NCBI GenBank assembly: GCA_018304425.1 | Contig: JAGVWE010000002.1 | Span: 288,001-352,000 of the forward strand | Origin: Candidatus Iainarchaeum sp. | GTDB taxonomy: Archaea; Iainarchaeota; Iainarchaeia; Iainarchaeales; UBA10219 | DNA length: 64,000 nucleotides | Direction: 5' to 3' | In this document: positions 9,040 to 16,765 of the stretch, piece by piece | Layout of the letters: each line of letters opens with the position of its first letter | Position numbering within the stretch: the stretch's first letter is position 1 | Position numbers and translations under genes: made by a program | The notes under the pieces: generated by a model | The model's database searches: none | Seen by the model: only the letters and a program-made list of their open reading frames with translations | What the model was told of the DNA's origin: nothing

Positions 9040-9143
9040 CAGCCTTTTTACAAAAGGCTGGCAAAAAGGTGTCCTGCTGTGCAGGACACTGCCGGTCGAA
9101 GGTGCCGGCTGCCCACCATACGTCGTCCCGTCTTCGACGGGAC
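9040..9143. repeat. Hairpin-array element in the tRNA-Gly(TCC) 3' trailer
   Basis: CAGCCTTTT-TAC-AAAAGGCTG, GTGTCCTGC-TGT-GCAGGACAC, GTCCCGTC-TTC-GACGGGAC; first 30 nt parallel the intron start with compensatory changes. Confidence 0.8.
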
Positions 9144-9170
9144 ATAAATATTCAATGCGGGGAACCGGAT

Positions 9171-9506
9171 ATGGACACCATCGAATACGCGGATTTCAAG
9201 AAGCTGCAGATGCGCGTCGGCAAGGTGCTGGAAGTCGAGCGCGTGCCCAACACTGACAAGCTCTACAAGCTGCAGGTGGACGTCGGGTTCGAGAAGCCCC
9301 TGCAAATCGTTTCCAGCCTGGTGCCCTATTACTCGGCTGAGGAACTGATGGGGAAGCGCATTATCGTGCTCGTCAACCTCAAGCCCACCAAGTTCGCGGG
9401 CCAGGAAAGCAACGGCATGCTATTGTGCGCGGAGAGCGCGGACGCGAGCCAGTGCACGCTGTTGACGACGGAGAAGGAGATGGAGGCGGGTACGGAAGTA
9501 TGCTGA
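9171..9506 (+). CDS. tRNA-binding OB-fold protein (Trbp111/CsaA/MetRS C-terminal domain family)
   Basis: DFKKLQMRVGKVLEVERVPNTDKLYKLQVDVG...VNLKP...ESNGMLL. Confidence 0.9.
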   Translation: MDTIEYADFKKLQMRVGKVLEVERVPNTDKLYKLQVDVGFEKPLQIVSSLVPYYSAEELMGKRIIVLVNLKPTKFAGQESNGMLLCAESADASQCTLLTTEKEMEAGTEVC

Positions 9507-9548
9507 ACTCGCGCGGCCAGGTGAAGGGCATGAAAGACCAGTGCCTTG

Positions 9549-9695
9549 TCACCGTGGCCTCGGTTTCCTGAACCCCTGACTCACGCGCTTTGGCTTTGAA
9601 TGTGGGAGCGGTTTTTCCCCCGCCAGATAATTTGCCACCCCATTCAAGGCGAATTGTGCCAAGACATCGAGGTCCCTTGAATTGAGGCCCTGCAT
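9549..9695 (-). CDS. Possible 48-aa small protein
   Basis: ATG-initiated frame MQGLNSRDLDVLAQFALNGVANYLAGEKPLPHSKPKRVSQGFRKPRPR with AT-rich box upstream; below ORF-track cutoff. Confidence 0.3.
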   Translation of the reverse strand: MQGLNSRDLDVLAQFALNGVANYLAGEKPLPHSKPKRVSQGFRKPRPR

Positions 9696-9858
9696 GGAGA
9701 ACCTGGTGCAGACGACCAATAAATAGTTAACCCCCCTTCTCGGCCAAAAGGCTCATGGTCGCGTGCGAAGCCGGCACGCGTGTTGGCAGCGCGGGCGTGG
9801 TATTCATTTCCATGTGGTACACACCTATTTTTAAACGTTTTTGAATACCACCTATTTC

Positions 9859-10797
9859 ATGGTTTACCTGATTAAGGCGAATCGGGGCGCGAAGACCTAT
9901 TATTACCTGGCAGAAAACGCCCGGGTCGGCAGGGGCCGCCGAAAGCTGCTGAAGAAATACCTGGGCAGTGCCAAACCCGGCGCGAAACAACTGGCGGCGC
10001 TCACCGACCAGTTCCAAGCCGAAATCGAGGTTAAAAAGCACGCGCTGACCGGCTACCACTACCTGCTGCCCGACGAGATAAAGCACATCGACAAAACCAA
10101 CAACGGCTTCCTTGAACGATACCGGCAGCTCAACCCCACCGAACGCGAACAATTCGACCAGAACTTTGTCAACGTGTTCGTCTACAATTCGAATTCCATC
10201 GCAGGCAGCACCTTGACGGCCAGGGAAGTCAGGCTGCTGCTCGAAGAAAACATCGCGCCCAACAAGGACTTGGAAGACGTGTTGGAAGCCAGGAACGCGC
10301 AGAAGACGCTGGCCCTCGTCAAGGCGACGAAGACGCCATTTGACCTTGGCCTGCTCTGCCAGTTGCACGAAACGTACTTCAAGGACACGAAGCCCTTCAT
10401 TGCCGGCAAGCTCAAGACCAAAGACAACTTCGTGCGAGGCGCACGGTTCCAAACCACCAAACCGGCATACATCCTAACCGACCTCAAACTGTATTTCAGC
10501 GATTACGCGCGGCTGGCCAAGGAACTGCACCCCCTGGAGCTTGCGGCCTGGGCTCATTGGAAGTTCGAGAAAATCCATCCCTTCCAGGACGGCAATGGCC
10601 GAATTGGTCGGCTGGTCATGAACTACGTGCTGTTCAGGCACGGCTACCAGATGATTGACATCAAGACCAGGGAAAAACAGCGCTACTTCAAGGCGCTGGC
10701 GGCCTGCGACCGCAACAACGCCGGGGAACCCCTGGCCAGGCTGCTCGTCAAGCGGTTCACGGCCCAATACCTGCATGCATTGAAGGAAGGGAAATGA
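9859..10797 (+). CDS. Fic family protein (AMPylase)
   Basis: Complete Fic motif HPFQDGNGRIGR; TTTTTAAA promoter upstream. Confidence 0.92.
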   Translation: MVYLIKANRGAKTYYYLAENARVGRGRRKLLKKYLGSAKPGAKQLAALTDQFQAEIEVKKHALTGYHYLLPDEIKHIDKTNNGFLERYRQLNPTEREQFDQNFVNVFVYNSNSIAGSTLTAREVRLLLEENIAPNKDLEDVLEARNAQKTLALVKATKTPFDLGLLCQLHETYFKDTKPFIAGKLKTKDNFVRGARFQTTKPAYILTDLKLYFSDYARLAKELHPLELAAWAHWKFEKIHPFQDGNGRIGRLVMNYVLFRHGYQMIDIKTREKQRYFKALAACDRNNAGEPLARLLVKRFTAQYLHALKEGK

Positions 10798-10798
10798 G

Positions 10799-11284
10799 AT
10801 GGGCGCACGCGAAGCCGAACAGGTGCAGGCCTACTTGAAGGGGCTGGGCATGGAGTTTCGGGTGGTGACGCACGAGGCGGTATACACCTCGGAGGCCGCG
10901 GCCAAGGCGCGGGGCCTGGAGTTGAAGCAAGGCGTCAAGGCCATGGTGTTGAAGGACGAGAATGGGAAAGTCGTGCTGGGCTTGATTGCCGCGGACAAAC
11001 GCATCGACTTGAAGAAACTGGCGGCCGTGGCCGGCACGGGAAGATTGAGTCTGGCGAAGCCGGATGAGGTGCTGAAGCACACCGGCTGCGAGGTCGGGAG
11101 CGTGCACCCCTTCGGCAACCTGCACAAGCTGCCGACCTACCTCGACGAGTCGGTCAAGGAAAACGAAACCGTTGACTTCAACATCGGCTTGCACACGCAC
11201 AGCGTCATCATGACGGCCAAGGACTTCGTGGACGCCGTGAAACCGGTGGAAGGAAGGTTTTCGGCTGGAGCAAGAAAGGCTTAA
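10799..11284 (+). CDS. YbaK/ProXp-family aminoacyl-tRNA deacylase
   Basis: HEAVYTSEAAA, VKAMVLK, TGCEVGSVHPFG (GxxxP loop), FNIG motifs. Confidence 0.88.
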   Translation: MGAREAEQVQAYLKGLGMEFRVVTHEAVYTSEAAAKARGLELKQGVKAMVLKDENGKVVLGLIAADKRIDLKKLAAVAGTGRLSLAKPDEVLKHTGCEVGSVHPFGNLHKLPTYLDESVKENETVDFNIGLHTHSVIMTAKDFVDAVKPVEGRFSAGARKA

Positions 11285-11288
11285 ATAT

Positions 11289-11310
11289 AAGTATAGACAC
11301 GTATATACTT
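11289..11310. promoter_or_regulatory. Palindromic putative operator between TATA box and start codon
   Basis: AAGTATAGAC-AC-GTATATACTT (10-bp arms, one mismatch) overlapping TTAAATATAA, 1 nt before ATG. Confidence 0.6.
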
Positions 11311-11311
11311 T

Positions 11312-12118
11312 ATGCAGACCTTGCAGGCAGCTGAAATCCTGGAGAAAAAGGCGGTCGGGTTCGGCAATGGCGCCATTGTGTACGTGCCGAAGCGCTGGGC
11401 TGGTAAAACCGTGCTAGTGGCGGCACAGGAGCCTCCCCAGGCATTTGAACGGGAAGCATTGAAAATCCTGGAGCCATTCCTTGGAAGCGTGCAAGGCCTT
11501 TACTTGTTCGGCAGCCGCGCCCGTGGTGAGGCTCGAGCAGACTCTGATGCTGACTTCCTCGTCCTAACCGACAAACCCTTCAACCCAGGCAAACACGCTG
11601 GTTTCGAGTTCCTTGTCCTGAGCCCCGCACAAATCGAGCAAGAAATGGCGGGTGCACGCGGTGTGTTCCTCCGCCAGGCCCTGGACGAAGCCAAGCCCGG
11701 GCTCAATGCGCGCTTGCTTGAAGAGCTCAGGCGCGCGGCTGGAACGCCCGACTACCACGCCCTCCTGGATGACACGCTGGCCGCGTTCAAGCAGGTGAAG
11801 GAACTGCTGGACGCGGACCGAAGAAGGGGCGTGAAAGAAGTCCGGGGCGGGGCCTGCGTGTACTCGCTCGTGCTCAGGGCCAAGGCACTGTACGCGGCCC
11901 GCTGCCAGCTGCGGAAAAAGTCGTTCACGCTGCAGGGCCTGCGTCAGGACCTTTACGGCCAGGGCCTGGCCAGGGAAACCGTGGAGCGGCTGCTGGAAGC
12001 CCATCGCGCCGAACGCGACGAAAGGCGCGGCAAACCCAGTATACGGTTGGTGGAACTGAACGCGCTATTTGAAGCGGTGAAGGCAGCCTTCCTTGAAACC
12101 GAGGCGATGCTTGGGTGA
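11312..12118 (+). CDS. DUF2080/AbrB-like N-terminus + minimal nucleotidyltransferase (MNT) + helical C-terminal domain
   Basis: GFGNGAIVYVPKRWAGK (DUF2080-like), YLFGSRARGEARADSDADFLVL (MNT GS..DxD). Confidence 0.8.
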   Translation: MQTLQAAEILEKKAVGFGNGAIVYVPKRWAGKTVLVAAQEPPQAFEREALKILEPFLGSVQGLYLFGSRARGEARADSDADFLVLTDKPFNPGKHAGFEFLVLSPAQIEQEMAGARGVFLRQALDEAKPGLNARLLEELRRAAGTPDYHALLDDTLAAFKQVKELLDADRRRGVKEVRGGACVYSLVLRAKALYAARCQLRKKSFTLQGLRQDLYGQGLARETVERLLEAHRAERDERRGKPSIRLVELNALFEAVKAAFLETEAMLG

Positions 12119-12282
12119 GCGACAAAAAGAAGTACCGGAAAGGCATCGCTTCCCTTGACCGCCGCATCGCCGAGCACCGCGAAAAACAGTGCACGACGCG
12201 CAACCCGAAACTGTTCCATTACTGGGAAAAGGAAATCGAGAAATTCAAGCGGGAGAAAAGGAAGAAGGCAAAGTGGCTGTAA
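12115..12282 (+). CDS. Small basic protein (55 aa) coupled to the MNT gene
   Basis: GTGA start/stop overlap; MSDKKKYRKGIASLDRRIAEHREKQCTTRNPKLFHYWEKEIEKFKREKRKKAKWL. Confidence 0.65.
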   Translation: MSDKKKYRKGIASLDRRIAEHREKQCTTRNPKLFHYWEKEIEKFKREKRKKAKWL

Positions 12283-12336
12283 AGCCGGACGGCAAAGGCT
12301 TAAATTCCGGCTGACCCTTATTCTGTAATGCCAAAA

Positions 12337-12404
12337 CCCAGCGGCCCGCGGTGGACCTTGCACAAGAGCAAGCGGGTGGAAGTAAGGCACCATGGGCACC
12401 TGGG
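12337..12404 (+). ncRNA. HgcC-like structured RNA
   Basis: CCCAGCGGCCCGCGGTG...GGTGGAAGTAAGGCACCATGGGCACCTGGG: nested stems CCCAG/CTGGG, GCCC/GGGC, GGTG/CACC; resembles the archaeal HgcC consensus as I recall it; TATA-like CTTAAAT about 35 nt upstream. Confidence 0.6.
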
Positions 12405-12419
12405 CGGAGGGGACTAAGC

Positions 12420-12701
12420 TTGCGCGAACGCCAGAAGAACCGGGTCGAAGCCCTGGCCCTTGAACGGATTTACCGCTTGTTCGAGTTGGCCGAAGCCGAG
12501 GCGAAGCCGGAGCGCGCGAAACGGTATGTCGAGTTGGCGCGGAAGATAAGCGCGCGCAACAAGGCCCGCATCCCCCCCGAGCTGAAGAAACGGTTCTGCA
12601 AGAAGTGCAACTCAATGAACGTGCAGGTAGCTGCGACGAAGCTCGGCTGGCGCACGGTAAAATGCGGGGACTGTGGGGCGGAAAGGAAGGCGGGAAAGTA
12701 A
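12420..12701 (+). CDS. rnp4: RNase P protein component 4 (Rpp21)
   Basis: ALERIYRLFELA, AKRYVELARKISAR, KKRFCKKC...CGDCG zinc ribbon; TTG start with GGAGG RBS. Confidence 0.92.
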   Translation: MRERQKNRVEALALERIYRLFELAEAEAKPERAKRYVELARKISARNKARIPPELKKRFCKKCNSMNVQVAATKLGWRTVKCGDCGAERKAGK

Positions 12702-12722
12702 AGGAGGCCGAAGGCATCATGG

Positions 12723-13208
12723 ATGACGAAGGCTGAACGCAAAGACTGGCACTCACTCAAGCGCTACATATGGTATGGTGCCCCAAGCAAAGAGGGCAAA
12801 GCGGCCCAGGCTTCCGCGGTGCGCAAGACCGTGGCAAAGCTGCCGCCGGATGAGTTGGCGGAGTTCGCGGAACTCGAAGCGCAGAAGGCCGATGCCTTTC
12901 TCCAAGAATGGACGCGGGTGTATGCCAACCCATTGAGAGGGCGCCGACATCAACCCCACCGGCCCATACAGGAATTCATCAGTGCCATGCGGCGTGTGGG
13001 GGCTTTGGCGGCACTGATAGGCAACCGGCATTCGCAAGCCCCTGGCATCAACACGCGGATGCAGAAGGTAGTGGCCAGGAGCAAGGAAGCCCGGCTGGCG
13101 CGGCCCCCGTTGCACATGGTGCGGATGGCCCGGGAACTGTTCGGTTTGCGGCGTGGTCTTGGCAGGATTATTCGAAAAGGGGTTCAACGGCTCCGGCGGA
13201 AGCCCTGA
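12723..13208 (+). CDS. Hypothetical basic protein
   Basis: 161-aa ORF, Arg-rich C-terminus. Confidence 0.55.
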   Translation: MTKAERKDWHSLKRYIWYGAPSKEGKAAQASAVRKTVAKLPPDELAEFAELEAQKADAFLQEWTRVYANPLRGRRHQPHRPIQEFISAMRRVGALAALIGNRHSQAPGINTRMQKVVARSKEARLARPPLHMVRMARELFGLRRGLGRIIRKGVQRLRRKP

Positions 13209-13268
13209 ATTTTCCCGAGCCAGGCAAAACCATAAATAGGGGAAAACGCGCATTAGGTATGGAGTCAA

Positions 13269-13562
13269 ATGGGCAAGCAACCGGGTTGGGTAAGAACAGC
13301 ATTCAATGAATACGTCAATGCCTGGGCGAAACGGCAGGGCGGCTTTAAGCTGGGGGCCGACAAAGGCAAGCGCTTGGTGGTCCCGGATGCGGCCACCCGG
13401 GAACGGCTGTGGAATGATTTCAGGCAAACTATGCTGCCTTCCTTGCGACGCTTGCGGAAAACGGCTGGGCGGCGGGTGGCTGCGGGAAACCGGCCTGGAC
13501 GCGGGACGCCAGGTCGGCCGCTTGGGGTTCGGACCGGGCACCGGAACGTCCACGCGAAGTGA
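13269..13562 (+). CDS. Hypothetical basic protein
   Basis: 97-aa ORF with CATAAAT box and GGAG upstream. Confidence 0.5.
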   Translation: MGKQPGWVRTAFNEYVNAWAKRQGGFKLGADKGKRLVVPDAATRERLWNDFRQTMLPSLRRLRKTAGRRVAAGNRPGRGTPGRPLGVRTGHRNVHAK

Positions 13563-13711
13563 AGTCCAGGCCACGGCAAACCTTTTTAAACCGTTGCCAA
13601 GGGAATTGGGTATAACCTGTTTCTTTGCTCCCCCGCAGGGGGGTTGAGCAGGGAAGGGCCCCGAGAGGGGACGAGAATTAGGGTTTAATCGGGATTTGAT
13701 GGTGACCATGG

Positions 13712-14320
13712 ATGGCAGTGTATGATGTGCCGGCGGCCGAGCTGATCCAGCGCGTGGCCGAGGACCTTCGAAAGGAATTGCAGCAGCCGGGTTTCACGCC
13801 CTACGTGAAGACCGGGGTGGGCCGGGAGCGGAGTCCCCAGAACAAGGACTGGTGGTTCGTGCGGTCGGCCAGCATTTTGTACCGCTTGTACAAGGATGGC
13901 CCGGCTGGCACCGAGGGGTTGCGCAGTTATTATGGGGGGAGAAAGAACCGGGGCCTGAAACCCGAACGGTTTCGCAAGGCCTCGGGGAAGGTCATCCGGA
14001 CGTGCCTGCAGGCCCTGGAAAAGAGCGGGTACATCAAGAAGGTCAAGAAGGGCCGCGTGGTTTCCCAGAAGGGCCAGGGCTACCTGGAGAAGAAGGCCGA
14101 GGAAATCAAGAAGCACCTGACGGAAATCCTCCAGCAGAAAGAGGAAGCCGAGTTGCGGGTTGAAAAAGAAAAACAGTTGTCCAAGGAAGAACTCGAGTTG
14201 AGGGAAACATTTAGGAAGCAAAAAGAAGAGGAAAAGCGGCACGAGGCCGAGAAGCACAAGAAGGAAGGCAAGCCCCAGCCGGCCAAGAAGCCGGAGGAAG
14301 GAAAGGCCGAGCAACAGTAG
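13712..14320 (+). CDS. rps19e: 30S ribosomal protein S19e with charged C-terminal extension
   Basis: VYDVPAAELI, YVKTGVGRERSPQNKDWWFVRSASILYRLY, KASGKVIRTCLQALE. Confidence 0.96.
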   Translation: MAVYDVPAAELIQRVAEDLRKELQQPGFTPYVKTGVGRERSPQNKDWWFVRSASILYRLYKDGPAGTEGLRSYYGGRKNRGLKPERFRKASGKVIRTCLQALEKSGYIKKVKKGRVVSQKGQGYLEKKAEEIKKHLTEILQQKEEAELRVEKEKQLSKEELELRETFRKQKEEEKRHEAEKHKKEGKPQPAKKPEEGKAEQQ

Positions 14321-14334
14321 GCGGAGGCCAGGGG

Positions 14335-14664
14335 ATGCCGGAAACCGATGAATTGGAGGCGTTGAAGCAAAAAAAGCTGGCGGAACTGCGTGCACAGGCC
14401 GAGCAAAGGCAGGCCGTAGAGCAGCGCCAAACCGAGGCCGAATCCAAGTTGGAGTCGGTGGCCAAGGCGTTGCTGGAAGAGCCTGCCCGGACGAGGCTGT
14501 TCAACGTGAAGCTCGTCAACAAGGAGCTTTACCTGAAGGCCCTGCAGACCGTGGTCGTGCTCGCCCAGCAGGGAAGAATCCGGGAAAAGGTCTCGGAACA
14601 GGACCTGAAGTCGTTGTTGATGCAGTTGAATGACAAGAAAGAAATCAAGATCAAGCGGAAATGA
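14335..14664 (+). CDS. PDCD5-family DNA-binding protein
   Basis: DELEALKQKKLAEL, ARTRLFNVKLV, IKIKRK; conserved position after S19e. Confidence 0.9.
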   Translation: MPETDELEALKQKKLAELRAQAEQRQAVEQRQTEAESKLESVAKALLEEPARTRLFNVKLVNKELYLKALQTVVVLAQQGRIREKVSEQDLKSLLMQLNDKKEIKIKRK

Positions 14665-14669
14665 CGTTT

Positions 14670-14879
14670 ATGGCAACCAACAAGTCGCAGGACAAGAAGG
14701 ATTTCCTGATCGGAATCCGGAAGAAGATTGGCGCAAGCGTCTCGGCTGCGCCCGTGTGGTTGATGCGGAAGGCCGGCAAGCGGTTGTACAACAAGCGGGG
14801 CAACCGGCACTGGAAGCAGACCCAGCTTGGCAAGTTGTTCAAGCGGAAGATGAAGGAGCAGGGCAAGAAAGCGGAGTAA
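14670..14879 (+). CDS. rpl39e: 50S ribosomal protein L39e
   Basis: APVWLMRK...RHWKQTQL; conserved gene order. Confidence 0.82.
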   Translation: MATNKSQDKKDFLIGIRKKIGASVSAAPVWLMRKAGKRLYNKRGNRHWKQTQLGKLFKRKMKEQGKKAE

Positions 14880-14892
14880 AGGGTTGAAGGAC

Positions 14893-15360
14893 ATGAAAGG
14901 CAACGAAGCGGAGTACATGGTTCCCCTGAAGTGGTTGTTCACGCAGCCCAAGCCCAAGCGGACGAACAAAGCCATTGGCGTCATCAAGGCCTTCGTGAAA
15001 AAGCACACGCGCAAGACGGACGTCCTGATAAGCCCGGAACTCAACGAGTTCCTGTGGGAGCGGGCGAGGCACGTGCCCCGCCGCGTGGCCGTGGTGCTGA
15101 GGCTGGACGGGGAGAGGGTCACGGTTTACTTGAAGGACGGCAAGCAACTCGAATCCGACAAGAAGGCGAGGAAAGCCGTGGAAGACGCCAAGAAGAAAAA
15201 GGAACGGGAAGACCAGGAGAAGGCGGAAAAGGAAAAGGCAAAGACCGCGGAAGCCAAGAAAGCGGAAAAGGCCGCAGAAGCAGCGCAGCAGAAGAAGGCC
15301 GAGGAAAAAAGGGAACGGGAAGGGGCTGCGCGTGCCAGCGAAATGAAGCGCGGCCATTAA
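14893..15360 (+). CDS. rpl31e: 50S ribosomal protein L31e with Lys/Glu/Ala-rich extension
   Basis: YMVPL, KRTNKAIGVIKAFVKKH, ISPELNEFLWER, PRRVAV. Confidence 0.92.
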   Translation: MKGNEAEYMVPLKWLFTQPKPKRTNKAIGVIKAFVKKHTRKTDVLISPELNEFLWERARHVPRRVAVVLRLDGERVTVYLKDGKQLESDKKARKAVEDAKKKKEREDQEKAEKEKAKTAEAKKAEKAAEAAQQKKAEEKREREGAARASEMKRGH

Positions 15361-15385
15361 GGCGAATGAGGGCAAGGGTTGTTGG

Positions 15386-16054
15386 GTGGAATTTCTTAAG
15401 AGCACCGTGAGGGGAAGCCCGTTCGTCGGCGTGTTCGCAGCCGTGACCGACGAAATCGCCTTGTTCCCGCATGCCTTGGACGAAAAGCGCACCCGCCAGT
15501 GGGAACAGGTTCTCGGAGTCAAGAGCATCCGGTGCACGATTGCCAACAGTTCCCTGATTGGCGTGTTCTGCAAGGCGCTTGGAAAAAAAATCGTGGTGCC
15601 GGAAAGCGTGGAAGCCACTGAAACCCGGTGGCTGGAACGGAATGGCTTGGAAGTCCTGGTGGCAAAGGATTATACGGCGTTGGGCAACTTGTTGGCGTTG
15701 AACAGCCAGGGGGGAATCGTCTCGCCCCTGGTCAAGGCAGGAACCGTCAAGGCCCTGGAAGGCTTTTTCGGGGTTCCCCTGAAGCACATGGCGGTGAGCG
15801 GAACGGAAGTGGTGGGGAGCGCGGCAACCGTAACAAATAAAGGGTTTATCGTGCACCCCAATATTGCGCCCAAGGAGTTTGAGGCCCTGAAAGGCATTTT
15901 CAGGGTGTACGGCACCACGGGAACCGCCAATTACGGCGACCCCTTCGTGTCCAACTCCCTGCTGGCAAACGGCCACGGCGTCATCGTGGGGGAACAGACC
16001 ACGGGATATGAACTGGCGAGAATCGATGAAGGCTTGAGGGGAGAACCACTATGA
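15386..16054 (+). CDS. eif6: Translation initiation factor aIF6
   Basis: GSPFVGVF, TIANSSLIG, VHP, GTANYG, TTGYELARIDEGL. Confidence 0.95.
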   Translation: MEFLKSTVRGSPFVGVFAAVTDEIALFPHALDEKRTRQWEQVLGVKSIRCTIANSSLIGVFCKALGKKIVVPESVEATETRWLERNGLEVLVAKDYTALGNLLALNSQGGIVSPLVKAGTVKALEGFFGVPLKHMAVSGTEVVGSAATVTNKGFIVHPNIAPKEFEALKGIFRVYGTTGTANYGDPFVSNSLLANGHGVIVGEQTTGYELARIDEGLRGEPL

Positions 16055-16272
16055 CCAAAAAACAGGGCACCGAAAAGCGAAAGCAAGCGAAGAGCTTTTA
16101 CGCGGTCGGCAAAATGATTGAAGCCGGCAAACAAAAGAAGTTCACGCGCACCTTCATGGCCTACAACACGGGCCACGCCGCGCAAAAACTGCTGAGCCTG
16201 CTGGGCTCCAACCACGGCGTGCAGCGGAGGAACGTGGAAATCGAGGAGCTAAGGGAAGGAGAGGGCGCTTGA
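16051..16272 (+). CDS. rpl18a: 50S ribosomal protein L18Ae/LX
   Basis: KFTR...LSLLGSNHGVQRRNVEIEE; position after aIF6. Confidence 0.85.
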   Translation: MTKKQGTEKRKQAKSFYAVGKMIEAGKQKKFTRTFMAYNTGHAAQKLLSLLGSNHGVQRRNVEIEELREGEGA

Positions 16273-16757
16273 TGGCGGAAGCTAAAACCGCCAAAGGAAT
16301 AGCCCCTGACCGGGTCACGATTAGTTTCAACCAGTTGCTCCAGCAGTTCGAAGAAGAGCGGCATAAGCTCTCGGGCTACGACCAGCGGCGGGCCAATGTC
16401 CAGGGAGTCATCAACGAGGCGCAGGCCGCCTTGGCCGCCCTGGACGCCGTTGAAAAGGCGGGAAGAGGCGAGAAGATTCTCGTGCCGCTGGGAAGCGGGG
16501 TCTACGTGGACGCAATCGTCGACGACGTGAAGACCGTGAAGAGCGCGCTCACCGCGGACGTGATCACGGAAACCAGCCTTGCAGACGCCAAGAAAGCCCT
16601 GAACAAGCGCGTCGAAGAGTTCACGAAGTCGTTCAACAAACTGGTGGGCCACGAACAGCACACCCTCAAAAACCTGCAAAACATGGAGCAAGTCATCCGG
16701 CGCATCAGCCAGCGAAGGCAGGCCGGGGGCCAGGCACAGGCCAAGGGAACGGCGTAA
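16272..16757 (+). CDS. pfdA: Prefoldin alpha subunit
   Basis: Coiled coils flanking ILVPLGSGVYVDA beta hairpin; conserved gene order. Confidence 0.9.
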   Translation: MAEAKTAKGIAPDRVTISFNQLLQQFEEERHKLSGYDQRRANVQGVINEAQAALAALDAVEKAGRGEKILVPLGSGVYVDAIVDDVKTVKSALTADVITETSLADAKKALNKRVEEFTKSFNKLVGHEQHTLKNLQNMEQVIRRISQRRQAGGQAQAKGTA

Positions 16758-16765
16758 CGGTTGCC

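Noticed and set aside
11312-11430. Transposon, because DUF2080 is labelled transposon-encoded
   Set aside because: No transposase or terminal repeats; the domain is better read as a DNA-binding module.
12329-12412. RNase P RNA or twister ribozyme next to rnp4
   Set aside because: Lacks the GAGGAAAGTCC P4 motif and the twister core; HgcC-like fits better.
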